From Calothrix sp. NIES-4105 (GTDB taxonomy: Bacteria; Cyanobacteriota; Cyanobacteriia; Cyanobacteriales; Nostocaceae), in NCBI GenBank assembly GCA_002368415.1, contig AP018290.1, positions 10,893,121-10,925,120 on the forward strand: a DNA stretch of 32,000 bases, read 5' to 3'. A program made the position numbers and the translations under genes. This document shows, in pieces, positions 25,596 through 32,000 of the stretch. Under the pieces are notes generated by a model. The model searched no databases, was not told the DNA's origin, and worked only from the letters and a program-made list of their open reading frames with translations. Within the stretch, counting starts at the first letter, position 1, and every line of letters begins with the position of its first letter.

Positions 25596-25877
25596 ATGAA
25601 ACGTGCTTTTCGCAAATATCACCGCGTAATCGCTATTATTGTTTCTTTACCTGTGGCTATAACTGTATTGACTGGGATAATTGTAACTATGGTTGGTGAG
25701 TGGGGTGTCAATATCGGACTAACTCGCCATGTCCTGTTAAGTATTCACACAGGAGAAATATTTCACCTCGAAGGGATTTACCCAATTTTAAATGGATTGG
25801 GGTTAATTGGGTTATTGGTAACGGGGTTGAGTATGTCAGGTTTGTTTGGTAAAGCCACCCGTCCACAAATAAAGTAA
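25596..25877 (+). CDS. Small PepSY-associated-TM-like membrane protein (93 aa)
   Basis: MKRAFRKYHRVIAIIVSLPVAITVLTGII ... SIHTGEIF ... GLIGLLVTGLSMSGL matches the RKxHRxxG...TG / H.G pattern of PepSY_TM helices. The ATG at 25596 is preferred over the 25491 start in the track. Confidence 0.55.
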   Translation: MKRAFRKYHRVIAIIVSLPVAITVLTGIIVTMVGEWGVNIGLTRHVLLSIHTGEIFHLEGIYPILNGLGLIGLLVTGLSMSGLFGKATRPQIK

Positions 25878-26619
25878 GTTTTAAATGTCTTGCTGCCAAG
25901 ATTGTCCTTTGTCTTCACTGCCAAAATTAATCCGCCAATAATAATTGTTTTTTTGATTCATGTTAATCATTTTTAACTTGCATCCACCAATGTAATTTTT
26001 ACAGTTTGTTTTAATTCATTAAATTGATATATATGTTGCTCCTGAAGCTTTTATCACGTCGAACGTGCGTATTGAATTGCAAGCAACCGTATAAACGATA
26101 AGTTAATAACTTATGAAGAAACAACTTAAATATACAAATTTCATTTATAGTTACTATTTATTCGTTAAAATTTTATTATTTACGATTTAATTTAGTATTT
26201 CACATTTGTGTCAACTATATCAAGTCTAAACGTTAATTTTAAATTAATTCTACATATTAAGCATAATGATCACAAAGTAAAAACTCGTAAATAAAGTATT
26301 TTTTATACTTAGTTTTGGATTGTACTTAAGTATACGCATAAAGATATATTAACTACTTTATACCAGCAGCGCGTTCGTTACTCCGTAGTGTAGTTTATAA
26401 CACCAAAGCCTAAATCTCACTAGTTATTGACTCGCACGCCTAAAAGGAGACACCATAAATAATCCGCAACAATTAACCTATTAGATCACTACCAAGACGC
26501 TTACTACCATCTAAAATTAAAAAAGGTTTGATTGTGGGTAAATTGCAGTAAAAAGAAGTAGCAAAATCTGATACCGTAACTAGTAAAAATAAATGTAATA
26601 TTTATTACATATAACCGCT

Positions 26620-29028
26620 ATGAGAATTATCGTAGTTGAAGATGATGATTTAATTGTTGCAGCGTTGGTCAAGGCTTTGAATGACCAGCATTATACTGTT
26701 GATTTTGCAACAGATGGTGAAGCCGCTTGGGAGCTTATGGACTGCTTTACCTATGACTTGATATTGCTCGATGTGATGCTACCTAAGCTTGACGGAATTA
26801 GCCTTTGTCGAAAATTACGCGCTATCGGCAACAAAACGCCAATTCTTTTATTAACAGCCCAAGACACTAGTACTAGTAAAGTAATGGGTTTGGATGCAGG
26901 CGCCGATGATTATCTTGCCAAACCTTTCGATTTTAAAGAATTATTAGCTCGTATACGCGCTCTACTGCGTCGAGGTGGTTCAAGCTTACCACCAATGCTT
27001 TCTTTTCATAACTTACAACTTGACCCTAGCACTTGCCAAGTTACCTGCGATGCTCAACTTTTACATTTAACACCTAAGGAATATAGTCTACTTGAGCTTT
27101 TTCTCCGCAATACGCAGCGAGTATTTAGTTGCGGAATGTTGATTGATCATCTATGGTCATTTGAAGAACCCCCCTCAGATGATACAGTACGGTCACACAT
27201 AAAGGGATTACGTCAAAAACTTAAAGCTGCGGGAGTAAAGAGTGATGTAATTGAGACAGTTTATGGTATCGGTTATCGCCTCAAAGGAACCGGGAAGGAA
27301 GCTACCAACACGCAAACGCGCAAACACAAAGAAGTCGAAAGGGAAAAAAAACTATTCATATGCGAAGCAAAACCACAAATCCATTCATCTGCGTTAACGC
27401 AATTTTCTGGAGGAAAGCAAAATCAAGTTGTAACTGGTGTCTCTCAAGTATGGGAGCAGGTTGCAGAAACTCTCAGCCAGCGTATTACTGTAATTGAGGA
27501 AGCCTTAAGTATTTTATTACAGAATAAACTGCTGAGTGAGGAAGCGCGAGCAAAAGTTAAGCAAGAAGCTCACAAGCTGGTTGGTTCGCTAGGGATGTTT
27601 GGTTCAGATAAAGGTTCTTATGTAGCTAGTGAGATAGAATCTTTGTTTGTAAATAAAGGGATGCTTGATAGTTCGCAAATCATCCGCTTTTCTAAATTAG
27701 TTGGTAGTTTGCGTGACTGTTTGCAAAGCATGAATGGCACAGAAATTCCTGACATGTCAGATGAAACATTCAATAATGGTCCTTTACTGTTGATTGTTGA
27801 TCAAGACACGGAATTTACAAGTAGTTTGATATCCTGTGCAAGTAGCTGGGGTACAAGAGTGCAAGTTACTCCTAACCCCATTGCAGCTAAGAAACTAATT
27901 GGAGATTTGTGTCCTGATGTTGTATTACTTGACCTTTCCTGTAGCGATACAGCAGAAAAAGCTCTTGGGTTATTAGTAGAATTAACTAGCCGTACACCTC
28001 CATTATCAGTTATTGTTACTACCGCACAAGATAGTTTGATTGACCGCGTTAAAATTGCGCGTCTTGGTGGACGTGGAGTTTTACAAAAACCTGTGTCAGA
28101 AACCCAAGTTTTAGAAGCAGTGACTCAAATACTGCAAAATAGTTGCTCACAAGAAGCGAAGGTAATGGTTATAGATGATGACCCGCAAATATTAACTGCC
28201 CTCGATACTTTACTTACACCTTGGGGTGTGAAAGTTTACAGCCTTGATAATCCTTCTCGCTTTTGGGAAATGATGACAGCAGTAAATCCCGATTTATTAA
28301 TTTTAGACGTAAAGATGCCTGAAGTTAATGGTATAGAATTATGCCAAGTTGTCCGCAGTGACGCGCGTTTCAGCGCACTACCAATTTTGTTTCTGACGGC
28401 ACAGAATGATACTAAGACAAGGCAGGAGGTGTTTGCAGCTGGCGCCGATGACTATATAAGCAAGCCAATTGTCAAAGTAGAATTAGTAACACGCATTCTC
28501 AACCGTTTAGAGAGAACTCGTCTATTAAAGAGTTTAGCAGAAACAGATGTTCTAACTGGTGTTGCTAATCGCTATAGATCTATCCAAGAATTGACTCGGT
28601 GTATACAGTGGAGCCAAAACTATCATCAACCGTTTTGTTTTGCAATTTTAGAAATAGATAAATTCAAGCAAATTAACCAGCAGTATGGTTATGCTACAGG
28701 AGATTCTATTTTATCTCGGTTGGGTAAAATTTTACGGTTAAATTTCCACTACGAGGATGTAGTTGGTCGTTGGTCTGGTACCGAATTTATTCTTGGAATG
28801 TGTGGTATGACTAAAGTGGAAGGTCAAAGGCGCCTATCTGAAGTCATTAAAAATCTACGCCAAGTACAGTTTACAGTTAATAGTGATAACCGTTTTAGTG
28901 TTAATTTTAATACAGGATTTGTTCAGTATCCTGAAGATGGTGCCGATATCGACACTTTATATAGAGTTGCAAGTGAAGCTCTCGAACGCTCAAAAGTAGC
29001 AGCACAAAATCGATTGTTAAATAATTAG
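26620..29028 (+). CDS. Composite response regulator: REC, OmpR-type wHTH, HPt, REC-like, REC, degenerate GGDEF (802 aa)
   Basis: REC1 is MRIIVVEDDD...LILLDVMLP...LLLTA...AKP. The wHTH is LTPKEYSLLELFL...VRSHIKGLRQKL...ETVYGIGYRLK. The HPt-like segment is QEAHKLVGSLGMFG. REC2 is LLIVDQD...VVLLDLS...VTTA...QKP. REC3 is VMVIDDD...LLILDVKMP...FLTA...SKP. The GGDEF domain is DVLTGVANRY...GDSIL...GRWSGTEFIL, with SGTEF in place of GG(D/E)EF. Confidence 0.9.
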   Translation: MRIIVVEDDDLIVAALVKALNDQHYTVDFATDGEAAWELMDCFTYDLILLDVMLPKLDGISLCRKLRAIGNKTPILLLTAQDTSTSKVMGLDAGADDYLAKPFDFKELLARIRALLRRGGSSLPPMLSFHNLQLDPSTCQVTCDAQLLHLTPKEYSLLELFLRNTQRVFSCGMLIDHLWSFEEPPSDDTVRSHIKGLRQKLKAAGVKSDVIETVYGIGYRLKGTGKEATNTQTRKHKEVEREKKLFICEAKPQIHSSALTQFSGGKQNQVVTGVSQVWEQVAETLSQRITVIEEALSILLQNKLLSEEARAKVKQEAHKLVGSLGMFGSDKGSYVASEIESLFVNKGMLDSSQIIRFSKLVGSLRDCLQSMNGTEIPDMSDETFNNGPLLLIVDQDTEFTSSLISCASSWGTRVQVTPNPIAAKKLIGDLCPDVVLLDLSCSDTAEKALGLLVELTSRTPPLSVIVTTAQDSLIDRVKIARLGGRGVLQKPVSETQVLEAVTQILQNSCSQEAKVMVIDDDPQILTALDTLLTPWGVKVYSLDNPSRFWEMMTAVNPDLLILDVKMPEVNGIELCQVVRSDARFSALPILFLTAQNDTKTRQEVFAAGADDYISKPIVKVELVTRILNRLERTRLLKSLAETDVLTGVANRYRSIQELTRCIQWSQNYHQPFCFAILEIDKFKQINQQYGYATGDSILSRLGKILRLNFHYEDVVGRWSGTEFILGMCGMTKVEGQRRLSEVIKNLRQVQFTVNSDNRFSVNFNTGFVQYPEDGADIDTLYRVASEALERSKVAAQNRLLNN

Positions 29029-29100
29029 TTAAATTATTTATAAATTGGCTAAATTGGCTGACAGCACCATATGTATTTGATGCCAACTAATGGAGGCTAT

Positions 29101-32000
29101 ATGCCGGAATTATTACATAACTTTTTTACTACAAACTACTTTATTCCTCACGGTCATTGTTATCTTTGGAAACCCGGATTGGTATCGCTGCATGTAACGT
29201 CTGATATGCTAATTGGTATAGCATATTATTCAATACCTATAACCTTATTTTATTTTGTTAAAAAGCGTAATGATTTACCTTTTAACTGGATTTTTCTACT
29301 ATTTGCAGCTTTTATTATTGCTTGTGGAACAACCCATTTTATAGAAATATGGACGCTTTGGCATCCAATTTACTGGTTATCAGGAACAATCAAAGCAATT
29401 ACAGCAGTAGTTTCAGCGTATACTGCAATTGTCATGGTATGTTTAATACCTCAAGCTTTAGCATTGCCTAGTCCAGCGCAATTAAAAGCAGCAAACCAAG
29501 AGTTACTACAGCAAATCATTGAACGTCAAAAAGTTGAGGAAGCTTTACGTCGCGCGCACGACGAATTAGAAATTAGAGTTCAGGAACGGACGACGGAGTT
29601 AGAGACAGCGAACCAAGCATTACAGACAGAAATTAACGAACGTAAACAAGCGGAATCAGCACTTTCTGAAAACGAGCAATTGCTGCGGACTGTGTTAGAA
29701 AACCTACCTGTAGGTATTTGGATTGCTGATAAAAATGGGCAAATCTTGCAAGCAAACCCCGCAGGACAGCAAATTTGGTCAGGCACCAAGTATGTTGGTA
29801 TAAACGAATGTGGCGAATACAAAGGTTGGTGGGAGTCTACAGGTAAACAGATTCAAATTGAGGAATGGGCATTATTTAAGGCAATTATGCGCGGAGAAAC
29901 TTCAATCAATGAAGTCATCAAGATTCAATGTTTTGATGGAAGTTACAAAACTATCCTCAATTCAGCCCTACCGATTTGGGATGCTAAACAAAATATACAT
30001 GGTGCAATTGTCGTTAATCAAGATATTACTAATATCAAACGCACAGAAGAGGAATTACGGCGCCAAAATTTACGCTCGCAACTCTTTGCAGAAGTGACGC
30101 TTAAAATTCGCACCTCTTTGCAAATTGAAGAAATTCTTCAAAACACAGTCACCGAGGTACAAAGAATTCTTCAAGCAGACCGGGTGTTAATTTTTAAACT
30201 TAATTCAGATGGTTCAGGAAGAGTTGTTCAAGAGTCAGTAGTTCCAGGTTGGCAAGTCACCCTTGGATTGGATATTTTTGATCCTTGCTTTGAACGAACA
30301 TATTTGCAAAAATACCGTCAAGGGCAAATTACTGCTATTACTAATGTTGAGGATGGTAGCATTCGACCTTGTTATGTTGAGTTTCTCCAACAATTTGGTG
30401 TTAAGGCAAATTTAGTTGTACCTATTTTTGTTAGGGAAAACCTTTGGGGCTTGCTAATTGCTCATCAATGTGAGGCGCCACGCCAGTGGACAGAGTTTGA
30501 GCTAACACTATTAAAACATTTAGCAGATCAAATAGGCATTGCTTTGTCCCAGGCTCAACTCTTAGAACAAGAGGTTGTACAGCGTCAAGAACTAATGTAT
30601 TCTCAACAAGAACTACGTGCCATGAGTGCTGCTCTCGAAAGCGCAGTAGAGGGTATTTCTCAATTAGATACTTCTAGCCGTTATATAAAAGTTAACCCAG
30701 CGTATGCCACAATGCTAGGTTATCAACCAGAGGAATTAATTGGCATGAAATGGCAGCAAACGCTTTACCCTGAAGACCAGGAAAAACTTATTGCTGCTTA
30801 CCATCAGATGCTGACTAACGGCAAAGCTGAAATCGAAGCTAGAGCTGTACGAAAAGATGGTTCGGTTTTTGATAAGCAAGTAGTAATGGTTAAAGCTCAT
30901 AACCCGCAACAGGAATTTATTGGGCATTATTGCTTTATGAAGGACATTAGCGACCGTCGAGAAGTAGAACGTCTCAAAGATGAATTTGTCTCGATAGTTA
31001 GCCATGAATTACGAACACCGTTAACTTCAATTTCAGGCGCCTTGGATTTGCTAGCAAGTGGTATCCTACAAACTCAACCTGAAGAGCGAGCGCGAATGTT
31101 AAATATTGCCGCCAATAATACAGACAGGTTGGTACGTTTAATTAATGACATTCTCGATATCGAACGTATCGAGTCTGGCAAAATTCAAATGACTAAACAA
31201 ATCTGCAATGCTGCCGACTTAATGACTCAATCAGTAGAAGTTGTAGAAGAAATGGCTCTTCAAGCAGAATTAATATTATCAGTTTCTCCAATAAGCGCGA
31301 ATATTTGGGCAGATAGCGACCGTATTATCCAAGTTTTCACTAATTTACTCAGCAACGCTATTAAATTTTCCTCAAGAGGCGCCACGGTTTGGTTAAGCGC
31401 AGAAATCCAGGAAGATAAAGTAAATCGCTCACCCTCTCCTTATATCCTTTTCAAGGTGCAAGACCAAGGACGAGGCATACCAGCTGATAAAATCGAATCA
31501 ATATTTGAGCGCTTTCAGCAAGTCGATGCTTCTGACTCACGCCAAAAAGGTGGAACAGGCTTAGGTTTAGCTATTTGTCGAAGTATTTTACAGCATCACG
31601 GCGGCTCAATTTGGGCTGAAAGCACATTAGGTGTAGGCAGTACTTTCTTCTTTACATTGCCAATGCTATCAGAACCCCACAACGATGTAGATTTTGAAGA
31701 ATTAGGCGCCCCATTAATATTACAGTGTGATGATGACCCCGATGTTAGGGCTGTAGTCCAAACCATGCTACAACGGCAGGGTTATCGCGTATTAACAGCA
31801 GCATCAGGATTAGAGGCAGTAGAAATGGCAGTTCAACAACATCCAGCCGTAATAATTCTTAACTTAATGATGCCCGGTATGGATGGATGGGAAACTTTAG
31901 CAGTTCTCAAACAGCGGACAGATACCCAAAACATACCAATTATAATTCTTAGTGGTTTGTTTCCCGATATAAACCAGGGTTTACCTACTGGTGTCAGCGA
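29101..32000 (+). CDS. Hybrid sensor histidine kinase: ethylene-binding-domain-like TM region, coiled coil, PAS, DXCF/CBCR-like GAF, PAS, HisKA, HATPase_c, REC (open at window end)
   Basis: It is not in the ORF track because it has no stop within the window. I translated ATG 29101 (GGAGG at 29092-29096) to 32000 and found no stop. The N-terminus FIPHGHCYLW...SDMLIGIAYYSIPITLFYFVKKRNDLPFNWIFLLFAAFIIACGTTHFIEIWTLW parallels Arabidopsis ETR1 ([53 protein letters not shown]), including the Cu-ligand Cys/His (CGxTH). The GAF domain is FDPCFERTYLQKYRQGQITAITNVEDGSIRPCYVEFLQQFGVKANLVVPI...LWGLLIAHQC. The H-box is SIVSHELRTPL, followed by an N box and GTGLGLAICRSIL. The receiver is ILQCDDDPDV...ILNLMMPGMDG. 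Confidence 0.9.
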   Translation, partial: MPELLHNFFTTNYFIPHGHCYLWKPGLVSLHVTSDMLIGIAYYSIPITLFYFVKKRNDLPFNWIFLLFAAFIIACGTTHFIEIWTLWHPIYWLSGTIKAITAVVSAYTAIVMVCLIPQALALPSPAQLKAANQELLQQIIERQKVEEALRRAHDELEIRVQERTTELETANQALQTEINERKQAESALSENEQLLRTVLENLPVGIWIADKNGQILQANPAGQQIWSGTKYVGINECGEYKGWWESTGKQIQIEEWALFKAIMRGETSINEVIKIQCFDGSYKTILNSALPIWDAKQNIHGAIVVNQDITNIKRTEEELRRQNLRSQLFAEVTLKIRTSLQIEEILQNTVTEVQRILQADRVLIFKLNSDGSGRVVQESVVPGWQVTLGLDIFDPCFERTYLQKYRQGQITAITNVEDGSIRPCYVEFLQQFGVKANLVVPIFVRENLWGLLIAHQCEAPRQWTEFELTLLKHLADQIGIALSQAQLLEQEVVQRQELMYSQQELRAMSAALESAVEGISQLDTSSRYIKVNPAYATMLGYQPEELIGMKWQQTLYPEDQEKLIAAYHQMLTNGKAEIEARAVRKDGSVFDKQVVMVKAHNPQQEFIGHYCFMKDISDRREVERLKDEFVSIVSHELRTPLTSISGALDLLASGILQTQPEERARMLNIAANNTDRLVRLINDILDIERIESGKIQMTKQICNAADLMTQSVEVVEEMALQAELILSVSPISANIWADSDRIIQVFTNLLSNAIKFSSRGATVWLSAEIQEDKVNRSPSPYILFKVQDQGRGIPADKIESIFERFQQVDASDSRQKGGTGLGLAICRSILQHHGGSIWAESTLGVGSTFFFTLPMLSEPHNDVDFEELGAPLILQCDDDPDVRAVVQTMLQRQGYRVLTAASGLEAVEMAVQQHPAVIILNLMMPGMDGWETLAVLKQRTDTQNIPIIILSGLFPDINQGLPTGVS

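Noticed and set aside
25881-25961. 26-codon minus-strand ORF (MNQKNNYYWRINFGSEDKGQSWQQDI)
   Set aside because: It is too short, with no recognisable family or RBS. I noted it only because it sits in the long AT-rich spacer, and the evidence is insufficient to call it.
29580-31005. ORFs 29580..29822(-), 29810..30097(+) and 30736..31005(-)
   Set aside because: All lie inside the continuous 2.9-kb plus-strand kinase reading frame, which has strong domain motifs throughout.
1-32000. Canonical cyanobacterial HIP1 (GCGATCGC) enrichment
   Set aside because: I found no GCGATCGC by eye. The iterated palindrome in this genome is GGCGCC instead, as reported in the findings.

Overview
AT-rich cyanobacterial chromosomal segment. 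The repeat content looks Nostocales-like: STRR-type heptamers, GAGACGTTACATGTAACGTCTC hairpins and GTGGGATGGGCATCC-type dispersed repeats. Order along the window: (1) the 3' end of a CpcG-like phycobilisome linker gene. (2) A minus-strand trio at 504-4853: a 455-aa P-loop ATPase, an 896-aa TPR plus STAND-like NTPase with a C-terminal TM anchor, and a 63-aa zinc ribbon. This is a candidate NTPase-based conflict or signalling system, and the first gene is bracketed by nested inverted repeats. (3) A GT2 glycosyltransferase, amidohydrolase and Mpo1/DUF962 operon, followed by a PhyH-like dioxygenase. (4) Housekeeping or accessory genes: a secreted protein, an FHA membrane protein, a Uma2 endonuclease and the MPBQ/MSBQ methyltransferase of tocopherol/plastoquinone synthesis. 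(5) A ~7.5 kb integrated element at about 14.4-22.2 kb, sitting in the 3' end of a BNR/GH74-like lipoprotein gene. It is flanked by a diverged 268-bp duplication of that gene's terminus. It carries a translationally coupled four-gene operon (two tyrosine recombinases, a coiled-coil TnpC-like protein, a complete DnaB-family helicase) and a nested IS200/IS605 copy with divergent tnpA and tnpB. (6) A GNAT gene and a small PepSY-TM protein. (7) A two-component pair: an 802-aa composite response regulator (REC, OmpR wHTH, HPt, REC, REC, degenerate GGDEF) and an open-ended hybrid histidine kinase. The kinase has an ethylene-binding-domain-like N-terminus and a DXCF-type CBCR-like GAF domain, and it is missing from the ORF track. 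Genome-scale signal: GGCGCC occurs about 37 times by eye where roughly 1 is expected, yet it is completely absent from the integrated element. The canonical HIP1 (GCGATCGC) was not seen. No rRNA, tRNA or CRISPR array was found.
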